Assembly: GCA_965237675.1 (NCBI GenBank)
Contig: OZ250150.1
Location: forward strand, 4,352,001 to 4,416,000
Direction of reading: 5' to 3'
Source of the DNA: Candidatus Latescibacterota bacterium
GTDB lineage: Bacteria > Latescibacterota > UBA2968 > GCA-2709665
Length of the DNA stretch: 64,000 bases
Made by a program: the position numbers and the translations under genes. This document shows positions 30,624 through 40,089 of this stretch, piece by piece. Numbering within the stretch: the stretch's first letter is position 1; each line of letters starts with the position of its first letter. The notes under the pieces were generated by a model that ran no database searches, was not told where the DNA came from, and was given only the letters and a program-made list of their open reading frames with translations.

Positions 30624-31282
30624 GAAAGCTCACTGATCCTTATCCCTCATGGGAAGTTATGCTAAATGCAGCAGGAGGTGGGCGTGAGGCACGGATAGCT
30701 CTGGCTCGTCTCTGGATGTCGGAGGGCATTCCTTATGCATTTCGAAAGTGTCCGGCGGTTTATGAGTCCGTGCGCTCTTGGTTGAGCTTCTCTCTGGGGG
30801 TACATGCAAAGGAAATCGGGCTGGTTGGCAGCGCTCGCATTGGAGAGTCGCTAAATCCTAGGAAATTCGGGAAGCGATTTTCGTGCAATTCTGATTTGGA
30901 TTTGGTTATCGTATCGGAAGTCCTGTTTGGGAAGTTGACGGAGGAATTCCGTCAGTGGTCTCTATCGTTCGAAAGCGACAAGATAACACCGGGAAATTCC
31001 ACAGAGGAAAGGTATTGGCCAGATAATAACAAAAGGGTACCAAGAAATATTGCGGCCGGGTTTCTTGATTCGAAGTTTATCCCTAACCACGAATCCTACC
31101 CGATTACGAGGCGAATCGAAGAAAGCATGTTCCTCTTGACTCGAAAGCTCGAATGTACTCCTAATGCACCCAAAGTCAGGAAAGCATCTGTTCGATGCTA
31201 CGAGTCTTGGGACCGCTTCGTGAGACAGGTTTCCCTAAGTCTCTGGGATGGTTGGGAAAAATGGAAAAGAGATGAATCATGA
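30620..31282 (+). CDS. Pol-beta-superfamily nucleotidyltransferase-like protein
   Basis: LVGSARIG...SDLDLVIVS (GS/DxD motif); TTG start overlaps upstream TGA. Confidence 0.7.
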   Translation: MRKLTDPYPSWEVMLNAAGGGREARIALARLWMSEGIPYAFRKCPAVYESVRSWLSFSLGVHAKEIGLVGSARIGESLNPRKFGKRFSCNSDLDLVIVSEVLFGKLTEEFRQWSLSFESDKITPGNSTEERYWPDNNKRVPRNIAAGFLDSKFIPNHESYPITRRIEESMFLLTRKLECTPNAPKVRKASVRCYESWDRFVRQVSLSLWDGWEKWKRDES

Positions 31283-31717
31283 ACCCTTGAAAGCGAATCC
31301 CTGCTTTATCAAAGGGCTAAGTCCTCTGCAGTCAAAAGCGAGATGGACAGAGCATCCGCCTTGACTCTCGCTACTTTCCTCGAGTTTTTTCAAGACGTCG
31401 CTACGGATCCATGCCACATCTTACCGCACCAAGTTCATAACAGGGCGAAATCCTGCGGAACTGACTGACAGAAAGGGCGATAGGGACGTTAATGGCATCG
31501 ACAACAAGACCGAATGGTCAAACCGGATCGGTCAGGGCCGAGAATTCAGCCGGCGTGAGGACGTCGGATCTGCGCACATGATACGCGGTGTCAGTCCTTC
31601 AGTGCGGCAAGGAGTAGAGCGCGAAAACGCAAATAGAAGAAGGAGCGAGGAATGACTTTTGATTTCAGACACGACATGTCAGCGCGCGACGCACGGAAAC
31701 TGGAAAGTTCACGACCG

Positions 31718-32737
31718 ATGCGCCGAACACGGCTTTTTCATTGGATCCGGTGGACGGCTGGAGTGCTGCTGCTCCTGATCATCGCCATACCGATCATGGC
31801 GGCAGCGCAGGACCGGCAGTTGAAGCTCGTGTCGACGGCGTGGCCGCCGTTCACCAACGCGCCAGGCCAGCCGCGGTTCGCCCTCGATCTGGTCGAGGCG
31901 GCTCTCGAACGCATGGGGATCACCGCCGAAACGGTCATCGTGGACGAGGCCAGGCTGACGCCCTCACTACTGAGCGGCGATTTCGACGGAAGCGCGGCCC
32001 TCTGGAAGGACGCGGAGCGCGAACGCGTGCTGATTTACTCGCAGCCGTATCTCGAGAACCGGTTGATCCTCGTCGGGCGGCATGGAAGCGACGTGTCCGC
32101 GGCCTCGCTGGCCGACCTCGCCGGCAAACGGATCGCCCTGGTTGCCGGGTACGCGTATGGCGAGGCTGTCGAGACGACGGATGGGCCGATCATCGTTGGC
32201 TCGAACAGCGAGGAGAACAGCGTCGCAAGACTCCTCAAAGGTGAGGTCGACTACACGTTGATGGACGATCTGGTCATCCAGTACGTCATCCGCAACCACG
32301 CAGAAGTCGCTCGAACGCGTCTGGCGTTCGGCTCGACGCCACTGCTCATACGCTCGCTTCACCTCGCCGTCCGCCGGTCGCTTCCGGACGCCGGGTCGAT
32401 CATCTCGCGGTTCAACGCCGCGATCCTCGGCATGATCGCCGACCGCAGCTACCATCGCCTGCTCCATCTCGACTGGATTCGAGCAGACGTGGACGGCGAC
32501 GGTCTCAGGGAGTACGTGCCTCACGTCGACAAAACCGGACCGCGCGCCCCGGAGCGATCCTACGACCTCTTCTCGTCGGGCAGTTCGACCACGGAGCCCG
32601 GAAAGACGCGGCGCTTCTACTTCGGCGGCAACATCTACGAAGGCTGGTCCAGCGTGCCCGACCAATTCAAGGCCCAGGACTTCACGAAAGCCGAACCGGG
32701 CCGACTCAAGATCAAAATCTTCACCTTCGAGTTTTAG
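31718..32737 (+). CDS. Periplasmic substrate-binding protein (SBP family 3-like) with C-terminal extension
   Basis: Signal peptide, WPPF, YSQPYLENR, LAGKRIALVAGYAYG, LLKGEVD. Confidence 0.75.
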   Translation: MRRTRLFHWIRWTAGVLLLLIIAIPIMAAAQDRQLKLVSTAWPPFTNAPGQPRFALDLVEAALERMGITAETVIVDEARLTPSLLSGDFDGSAALWKDAERERVLIYSQPYLENRLILVGRHGSDVSAASLADLAGKRIALVAGYAYGEAVETTDGPIIVGSNSEENSVARLLKGEVDYTLMDDLVIQYVIRNHAEVARTRLAFGSTPLLIRSLHLAVRRSLPDAGSIISRFNAAILGMIADRSYHRLLHLDWIRADVDGDGLREYVPHVDKTGPRAPERSYDLFSSGSSTTEPGKTRRFYFGGNIYEGWSSVPDQFKAQDFTKAEPGRLKIKIFTFEF

Positions 32738-32792
32738 CGGGAGCGAGGTCACTACGCTCGTGACACGTGATCCGTCTATCGGGAGCGTGCAA

Positions 32793-33578
32793 ATGGTGTA
32801 CAGCCGAACAGGGTTGACGACGACCGTCCTCACGATTCTCGTGCTTGCTGCGGCAGGTTGCGCTGAAGAACAACGCGATGAGGACATGAAGGAGGTGCGG
32901 CGACGCGCCGGGCGTGGCGAAGCCGAAGCCCAATACAACCTCGGGTTGATGTACCAAACGGGCCGAGGCGTAAAACAGGACGACGCGGAGGCGGTCAGGT
33001 TGTACCGGCGCTCCGCCGACCAGGGTCACGCTGGAGCGCAGAACAACCTGGGATGGATGTACGCCAGTGGTCTGGGCGTCAAGCGGGACAATGCAGAGGC
33101 AGTCAAATGGTACCGCTCCGCCGCGGATCAGGGGCACGCCACCGCCCAGGTCAACCTTGGAACGATGTATCGGATTGGGCGAGGCGTGAAGCCGGACGCC
33201 AAGGTGGCGGTGGCGTGGTACCGGCGCGCAGCCGATCAGGACCACGTCGGCGCCCAATACCTCCTCGGGACCATGTACACCAGCGCCCGCGGGGTGCCCC
33301 GGGACTACGTGGAGGCGGTCAAGTGGTTCCAACGCGCCGTCAATCAGGGGTATGCGCCTGCACGATCCCAACTCGGTATGATGTACGCCATGGGCCTCGG
33401 CCTGGATCGGGACGACGTTTCCGCCCATGCACACTGCAGTCTGGCCGCCGCCGCGGGAGACAACCTGGGGAGAATCGTGCGCGACAACCTGGAAAAGTCG
33501 ATGACGCCCGCCCAAATAGCCGAAGCCCGGCGGCTCGCACAGGAGTGGAGCAAAAAAGCCGGGTCCGCTCGGGAATAG
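32793..33578 (+). CDS. Sel1-repeat lipoprotein
   Basis: Lipobox LAAAGC; multiple AQYNLG.MY..G.GV..D..EAV.WYR.AA.QG repeats. Confidence 0.9.
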   Translation: MVYSRTGLTTTVLTILVLAAAGCAEEQRDEDMKEVRRRAGRGEAEAQYNLGLMYQTGRGVKQDDAEAVRLYRRSADQGHAGAQNNLGWMYASGLGVKRDNAEAVKWYRSAADQGHATAQVNLGTMYRIGRGVKPDAKVAVAWYRRAADQDHVGAQYLLGTMYTSARGVPRDYVEAVKWFQRAVNQGYAPARSQLGMMYAMGLGLDRDDVSAHAHCSLAAAAGDNLGRIVRDNLEKSMTPAQIAEARRLAQEWSKKAGSARE

Positions 33579-33827
33579 ACGACGGGGCGCAGGATATACC
33601 GAATAGTAAACTGGATCATGGATCTCATCTACGAAGGCCGCATTGGCAAAACGAGCGGTAAACCAAAGCCCCCCAAACCTTTCGCCCTTTGACCTGCCTC
33701 GACCGTCGTCACTTTGAATTGGGCAAAACATATTTGTCCCCATTGACATACGAACCACACTGCTGTATTTTGTTGTCAATTCCAGTACTTGCTTCAGCCG
33801 GAATCTGCCTCTCTCCCACATGGAGAT

Positions 33828-34340
33828 ATGGATATGGCATCGCTTCTTCCCGTTGAGAGACCTTATAGTTTCGTCGCAGAATCGGCGCCGAGTTACACGG
33901 ATGCTCGCAACCCCAAGGACGACTCAGCCGTTGAACGATTTGTTCAGGATGTCCGACGTGCCGTAGACGAGATAAACGCGGTTGCGCTAAAAAAAATCTC
34001 TGGACTTCACGATGCCCTGGAGCACCTGGAAAAGACACCGGAAGATTTCCGTTCGTTGGGTAAGGATGGAGACATAGGAACACTGATCAAGCAAATTGAG
34101 AAATCCGAGCGTGAAGAAAAGAAGGCGAGGGTATTTATCTCCTCTTCTCAGAAAAAACTGACGGGAACAGATCAAATCCTGGTCCGTAAAATGCAGGAGG
34201 CAGACGAGAATTTATACGACATAATATCTCTGCTTCAAGAGATCCGGTGGCGCATTATGATCCTTGATAGCAAAGAACAACCCGGTTCCGGGAAGGTCTA
34301 TAGTTCGGCAAGAGAAGCCCTTGATGCTTTATGGAGTTAG
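33828..34340 (+). CDS. Hypothetical helical protein, putative antitoxin
   Basis: Directly upstream of RelE-like ORF; C-terminal GKVYSSAREALDAL resembles toxin-binding tails; TTGACA-N17-TATTTT upstream. Confidence 0.55.
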   Translation: MDMASLLPVERPYSFVAESAPSYTDARNPKDDSAVERFVQDVRRAVDEINAVALKKISGLHDALEHLEKTPEDFRSLGKDGDIGTLIKQIEKSEREEKKARVFISSSQKKLTGTDQILVRKMQEADENLYDIISLLQEIRWRIMILDSKEQPGSGKVYSSAREALDALWS

Positions 34341-34343
34341 GGC

Positions 34344-34682
34344 GTGCACGGATTTCAATTACCTCCCTTAAATACATTCAAGTACAATTCCCGGATTAAG
34401 GGAGACGTCAAGCGTTTACCGCCTGAAATAAAGAGCCAATTCGAGGCGGTTCTCTTTGAATTAGAAAAAGGCACATTGTCCAGTGGCCGACGCCTTGAAA
34501 AAGTGGGTGGTTCATTTACAGTTCGTCTAAACCAAAAATTCCGATTGGCTTTTTCCATCCACAACAGCGACACCATTGAATTTCTAACCGTAGGAAATCA
34601 CGATCAAGTGTATGGATATTTGAACAGGACACGGGTAAAAAGAAAATCGGCAAAGCATCGACGACGAATGCGGAACCCATAG
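34344..34682 (+). CDS. RelE/ParE-superfamily toxin-like protein
   Basis: DVKRLPPEIK..F, FTVRLNQKFRLAF, FLTVGNHDQVY. Confidence 0.7.
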   Translation: MHGFQLPPLNTFKYNSRIKGDVKRLPPEIKSQFEAVLFELEKGTLSSGRRLEKVGGSFTVRLNQKFRLAFSIHNSDTIEFLTVGNHDQVYGYLNRTRVKRKSAKHRRRMRNP

Positions 34683-34710
34683 GTTCACAAGGATGTATCA
34701 CAAAAACAAC

Positions 34711-34737
34711 AAGGCCCCCTGAAATGCCGGGGGCCTT
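34711..34737. terminator. Hairpin terminator
   Basis: AAGGCCCCC...GGGGGCCTT. Confidence 0.55.
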
Positions 34738-34754
34738 TCGCATTTGCAATATCG

Positions 34755-34900
34755 GGTCGATCTCGTACCGGCTGCGGTTCGTAGCGATCGACCTCGATTT
34801 TATGCTCTCGAGCCTGCGCCTGAGCGACGCCAGAGGCCGCCTGAATACGTATCCAGGTCTCCGTCGTGGAGCCGAAGGCCCTGGCCAACCGAACCGCCAT
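34755..34900 (-). pseudogene. HigA antitoxin C-terminal remnant
   Basis: MAVRLARAFGSTTETWIRIQAA...IEVDRY. Confidence 0.65.
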
Positions 34901-35349
34901 GTCGTCGAAAATCCGCGAACGGCAGTTGACCAGGTTAGAGAGTCATCACGAAAACTTACAGTTTGCGTTACAGTACGTATCCGGAACTCGAGATCGTCTC
35001 GGTGTTGCGTATCCGATCTTCGGAGCACGCAAAAATGATGTTAATCGGGCAGGGTACGGAGTAGACGCAGGTGGTAATTGGGTCGAAATTTTGCATTACA
35101 ATTGCATAATTTCCAGTTATGGGCCATCCGCACATCAAACGTTCACTGGAACCGGTACTCAAGATGCCGGAATGTCGACTTCACGGCCGTTGTCCTGACA
35201 GGACCGCGCCATGCCGGTGTTTCACTTGGCTGCGCCGACAGCAGCACCTGTAGAACAGGGTGTGCAATGAGATTGGGTAGGTCGAAGTTATCCGATCGGG
35301 ACGTGCCGTTCGTTACCGGGAGTGACGTTGCAGCGCGTTAAATTCGTGT

Positions 35350-36436
35350 TCACGGATCGAATATCAAAAATTCGCTTGCAATCTGGTTCAGCGCGCGGCA
35401 TTCAGATCTTTCAGTCCTAACAACCACCTTTAGCTCTTCCTTAGTCAATCGCTCGTCGATACCGATTGTTGAAATTGCGAAAGCATCGATATTTGGATCA
35501 ATCTGGGGAAGCGTCAGAGATTGCAGCCGAGGTTTTAAGCCCAATGATAGTTGGAAGTCCTCGCTAAGCAATAGGCTAACCGCAACGAGATTTGGATGAT
35601 GGTTCTTCAAGTCATTTGAATCTTTCTTCGCATTAACCGCCTCCCGTAGCACACATTCGACGTGCGATTTGGGATCACCCGTTTGGTTCGGGACTATGCC
35701 TGGCATATATGCGTCAGGATCATTACCCTTAACCCAAATATGTAGCGAACTTTCCGTGTCTTTGTGTAGGACCACGGAGTATTCAAACTCCGCGTCCTTT
35801 TTGGCCTTAGCAAGAAAGGTTGGGTCGACGAACGGCGTCAATATTTCATCAAGAAATCGATCCCGCTCGTTATGCGTGCTCGGCAGCGAAAACGGCAGAC
35901 AGGAATCATAGCTGGCAGTCACAGCAGAGTCGTGTTTCTCCAAGAGCTCTTCGAAGGAAATAAAACAATCCAAACGATTTACGAGGAGCGTAGCATTCTA
36001 CAAACCAGCGGTCGCCACATACATCCAATGACAAGTCTGGACCAGTCCCTTGATCGCTGGCTTTTACCCACTTTATTTTGGTCCCGACTGAGCAGAGATG
36101 CTCAGCAACCTGAAGTTGCCAAACGAAAGACCAATAGTCCGCGAACTCTGCCGAACTTGACCATGGCTTTTTCTCGTTTTCCCAGTTCGGAATTCGCTCT
36201 GAGCAGCAAAGTAATTCTTCCAGTCGCTGAAACGTACACTCATCAAACCAAGTTCCAAGACGCCAAGACAAAAAGTGGCAAAAATATGGAGGGCTCTCTG
36301 AGCGCTTTTTCATTGTCTCGATTGGAAATGTCCGTCCAATCGCCGGATAGCGCTCACAGCGAGATTCGATAAGTTCCCAATCGATTAGCTGGTGAACCAA
36401 TTCACGCTGAGCTGATTTGCCTTGAGTTGTTGTCAT
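35350..36436 (-). pseudogene. Hypothetical protein with PD-(D/E)XK-like motif, frameshifted near 35955
   Basis: Two overlapping ORFs join by removing one base (GLFYFL-EELL); GPDLSL....WFVECY motif. Confidence 0.55.
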
Positions 36437-36680
36437 CCATCATATCTCTCGGATACGGTTCGATTAATCGTTCCGCAACCAATGGTAGCGCTCAACCAAT
36501 ATCCGAACTTCGTTTCTGCCCGACGGAATAAGGTTGTAAGTTGACCCGGGGGGCACATCCAGAACTCTGTGCTGGAACATCACGCCGTATATTGTCGAAT
36601 GGCCAGATCCGGCGAGACGGCCGCTTCGCCGGACCGCGGTGCCCGGACCAAATGTCGGCACGGGTCGTACGACGATAGGA

Positions 36681-37208
36681 CTAGTGAGAGACGGCTTCCT
36701 CGAATTCCGCGATTTCGACGTCTTCGAATCTCTTTTCGATGATTGAAATCGCGTCGTTTCGCTTCCATTCATCCCAGTGTTTCCGGATGGCGCCGCGGGA
36801 GTTCTCGACGAGGCTGTCGGGTTCCGGGTGAATGATCACGAACCGCCTTCCCGATCTTCCATAGTACCAGTCGACCAACTCGGTGTTGATTCCCTTATCG
36901 CCGAGGCCCTGCCGCATGACGGGCTGATGCCCGAAGTGCTCGACCTCGATCCGATCTTCGTCACGGCGGGCCTCGATGAGGTCGTAGGCGGTTTGTTGGC
37001 GCAGCCAGAAATCCGCGTTTGACCACCCCGCCTTCTCCAGCCGGATGGCCATTTCGGGCGACACAGCCGCGTGGCCGTTGAGTACCCGCGAGAGCGTGTG
37101 ACGCGCAACACCCAGCACCCGCGCCGCGTCAGTGACGCTCAGGCCGAGCGGTTCCAGAAAGTTCTCCTTGATACTCAGACCGGGATGGGACGGATTCTCC
37201 ATAGCCAT
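36681..37208 (-). CDS. HigA-family antitoxin fused to an unrelated (possibly SIR2-like) C-terminal fragment
   Basis: NPSHPG..I....[35 protein letters not shown], then [16 protein letters not shown]...RRFVIIHP. Confidence 0.75.
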   Translation of the reverse strand: MAMENPSHPGLSIKENFLEPLGLSVTDAARVLGVARHTLSRVLNGHAAVSPEMAIRLEKAGWSNADFWLRQQTAYDLIEARRDEDRIEVEHFGHQPVMRQGLGDKGINTELVDWYYGRSGRRFVIIHPEPDSLVENSRGAIRKHWDEWKRNDAISIIEKRFEDVEIAEFEEAVSH

Positions 37209-37260
37209 GATGTCTACCTCCCACGGCGTGCAGGCACACGAATTATCACGAATTATAAGG

Positions 37261-37289
37261 TATGTATCGCGTACCGGTACGCGTGTCAA
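37261..37289 (-). promoter_or_regulatory. higBA-type promoter with palindromic operator
   Basis: TTGACA (37284-37289, minus) abutting perfect palindrome CGCGTACCGGTACGCG (37268-37283). Confidence 0.6.
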
Positions 37290-37559
37290 GTAAATTTGCC
37301 CCGGACGGTTCCATCCGTTCGGAGCTAAACCCGCACGCGTATCCGGTATCGTCCTGGGAGAACCACCCGGTCAATGGCATCGTTCGCATTCGCAAGCCAT
37401 CTCGGGTATCCAACCGCCGGCTCGTCAATACGAGACCCCGACGGGCGTTCCGATCGGGGCCTATCGGAACATTGAGCACCTCTCAGGTATTATTTCGGCT
37501 GCAACGGCGATAAGATCGTAAACTTCGCGTTTCTCGTGGCTGAACGGATCAATCCACGT

Positions 37560-37853
37560 CCTACCACTACAGTTTCTCCCAATAGGTGCACCCAGGTGCA
37601 ATCGCGTTCAAGCCCGCAATGTCAAACGACCACTCGGGTAGTTCGTCGGCGATGTACGGGACAATCGCACAGGTTAAACTCGGAACCAGCGCCGACCGCG
37701 CACCCGCCTCAATCCTGAGAAGAGTGTATCCAGTACGACACAGACCCAGAAGTCTTTCTCCACATAGCTTGGCAGAGTATCGAGGCGGTTCGCCGCGGCA
37801 TCAAAAACGTCGCATCGGTCCTCTTCCGGCACGGCGGGAAACGAATGAGACAT
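37560..37853 (-). pseudogene. AbiEii/AbiGii nucleotidyltransferase toxin, internally deleted
   Basis: SYVEKDFWVCVVLDTLF joined out of frame to RIEAGARSALVP...IVPYI. Confidence 0.7.
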
Positions 37854-37858
37854 TCCGT

Positions 37859-38290
37859 TCATATTTCGTCCGCCGCGTCACTGTTGATACGGCGAGAAAG
37901 CGGCACTGCCGAGCCGGGTAGATCACGACTGTTCTGCATCAGGTTGAGTTTTACATCGTCGGGCAGGCGGCGCTTCAATGTCGAAACGACCTGAGCGTCG
38001 GCCGCCGCGGGTCCCAGCCACCGCAATGCCAGAACCACCGGGGCCGCGGGTCGCCCCGCCCATTTCATGACCCTCGGGCCCGCGTGCCGAAACTGGACCG
38101 TCCACCCGTCGATATTCAGAGTCCTGGGGGAGCCATCGGTCACGTAGCGAGCCCTGGCGGGTACCGCATTCGTGATGCCCAGCTGGCTTGCCGCCACCAG
38201 ACCATCCGGCATGATGCGGACGCCGTCCCGCCTTGCCAGCGCTGTGATCGCAGCATCCAGGTCGACCGGCGCGGGCCGCTTCAGTATGCG
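37859..38290 (-). pseudogene. DUF6088/AbiEi-like antitoxin, 5' truncated
   Basis: ALARRDG..I.PDG..AA.QLG.TNAVPA...Y.TDG..R motif; adjacent to AbiEii remnant. Confidence 0.7.
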
Positions 38291-38491
38291 GAGGATCATC
38301 AGATCGGAGAATCCGCCGCCGGATCGGTCGTTGTAACATGTCCGAGACGCCAGTTTGCTGTAGGCGTTGCGAGCGATTTAATCATTTTGTCTCGCGATAT
38401 TTATTGGGTATCTTAGAGAACACGCGAATGGAATCTGCCCACATATCGGTGCGCTCCGTGGACATTCCGACCGTACTTTCGAAATGCTTGC

Positions 38492-38746
38492 ATGAACCGA
38501 CACACTCAGCTTCGACAGCAGATTTTGGAAGGTGGCTCGGATGCAAACGTCCGATTCGACAACTTGCGCTCGTTACTCCGGAGGCTGGGGTTCACTGAAC
38601 GGATACGAGGAGGCCATCACATATTTCGTAAGGAAGGTATCGCTGAACGGCTGAATCTTCAGCGCGATAGCAGTCACGCGAAACCCTACCAGGTCCGACA
38701 GGTTCGAGGAGTTATCTTGAAATACAGGCTGAAGGAACCAGACTGA
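38492..38746 (+). CDS. hicA: HicA family toxin
   Basis: LLRRLGF.ERIRGGHHIF, AKPYQVRQV. Confidence 0.85.
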   Translation: MNRHTQLRQQILEGGSDANVRFDNLRSLLRRLGFTERIRGGHHIFRKEGIAERLNLQRDSSHAKPYQVRQVRGVILKYRLKEPD

Positions 38747-38958
38747 TGTATAAATACGAGATCATTATATATTGGAGCAACACCGACGGCGTCTTCGTAG
38801 CTGAAGTGCCCGAGTTGCCCGGATGCCTGGCCCATGGAGAGACGCAGGAAGCCGCGCTCAAACACATCAACCGGGCGATGGAGCTCTGGATTGACACCGC
38901 TCGCGAGTTCGGTGATCCAATACCAGAACCAAAGGGCGAACGCCTGATGCTGGCTTAG
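38746..38958 (+). CDS. hicB: HicB family antitoxin
   Basis: YEIIIYWS..D..FVAEVPELPGC.AHG.T.EAAL, IPEPKG. Confidence 0.9.
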   Translation: MYKYEIIIYWSNTDGVFVAEVPELPGCLAHGETQEAALKHINRAMELWIDTAREFGDPIPEPKGERLMLA

Positions 38959-39098
38959 CGGTCATCGACCAGATCGGTACAGGTAGCCATCTAGCCTGAA
39001 ATGATGAACACGTAGATGCGCTTCGATTCCTCGTCGCCTAACCTACATATTGCCCGTCCCTCTTACATTTCCAACACATCATGCGCAAGACTCGTAAT

Positions 39099-39491
39099 TC
39101 ATAACTGCGACACGCTGTCAATCCGTGCCGCCTTTTTGTCGAAGCTGTAGAGCGGATACGCTCCAGACCGTTCGGCCGCCGCCAGGATCATCAGATCGGA
39201 AAATCCGCCGACGGACGCGCGGTATCGCAACGCAGCGCGAGCCACGTCGTTGGCCTCTTCTATGACGAGACCCTCCGTGGCCACCAGTTCCACCAGTATC
39301 TTCGCAATCTTGCCAGGCGAAGAGCCGTAAGCCCGTTCCAGTACCCACACAAGTTCGACGATCACCTCGCGGCAGACGAAACCCGGACGGTCTGCGGTGA
39401 GGGACTCCAGCAGCGCGCGGGCCGCCTCGGCCTGCTGCTCGTCGTCGCGCACCAGATAGCGAACAAGCACATTGGTATCGAGGCCGATCAT
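39099..39491 (-). CDS. vapC: VapC PIN-domain toxin
   Basis: IGLDTNVLVRYL, ELVWVL, FSDLMI, SFDK. Confidence 0.9.
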   Translation of the reverse strand: MIGLDTNVLVRYLVRDDEQQAEAARALLESLTADRPGFVCREVIVELVWVLERAYGSSPGKIAKILVELVATEGLVIEEANDVARAALRYRASVGGFSDLMILAAAERSGAYPLYSFDKKAARIDSVSQL

Positions 39492-39721
39492 TCGACAGCC
39501 GCCCCGTCGGATACGGCCTGCTCCATTTCCTCGACGGTCACGACGCCGCCACGATGCTGCAGCACGCCGAATAACCGGTTGATGGGCCGCAGGGGCAGGA
39601 GGCGCACGTCGCCGTCGGTAATGACGTACCGCAACCTGTCCCCGGCATGTACGCCGAGCGCCTCCCGCACAAACTTGGGAATTGTCGTCTGTCCCTTCCT
39701 GGTGATCGAAGATTCATGCAT
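39488..39721 (-). CDS. AbrB/MazE-type antitoxin (VapB)
   Basis: ITRKGQTTIPK.VREALG...GD; 4-nt overlap with toxin. Confidence 0.9.
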   Translation of the reverse strand: MHESSITRKGQTTIPKFVREALGVHAGDRLRYVITDGDVRLLPLRPINRLFGVLQHRGGVVTVEEMEQAVSDGAAVE

Positions 39722-40089
39722 GGCGATTCCTCCATTTTCCTTTCAATTTACAACAATTCCATTCTTTTTGCAATAAAGTAAGGAAAAATTCTCATCGCTG
39801 TGCATATTCTTACTCTTTCCGTCCCGTCAAACCGGGCTGAGTTTACCGGGCACCCTCGATTGGAAAACGATCGTTTCTTTGTCAAGCACTTTGTAAAACG
39901 TTCGTTTCTTTATAGAGTCGTAACGAATCGATCGTTTTCTTACGGTCGCGACTTTCCAGACACTGCTGCTCATAAACGCGCGACCCCGGCAGGCGAACCC
40001 GTCGGGGTCTATTGATGCTTTGGGCGCCGTGGGACGGCGCGTCCTGTCTAATCGATATCGGTCTTGTGATTTGCTATAAGTCTCCCGTC

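Noticed and set aside
28400-39750. Integron cassette array (attC sites)
   Set aside because: Genes lie in both orientations, there are no recurring RYYYAAC...GTTRRRY palindromes after genes, and there is no intI.
39790-40089. attR copy of the tRNA-Asn 3' end closing the island
   Set aside because: No duplicate of GAGTCCTACCGCCGGAGCCA found by eye.
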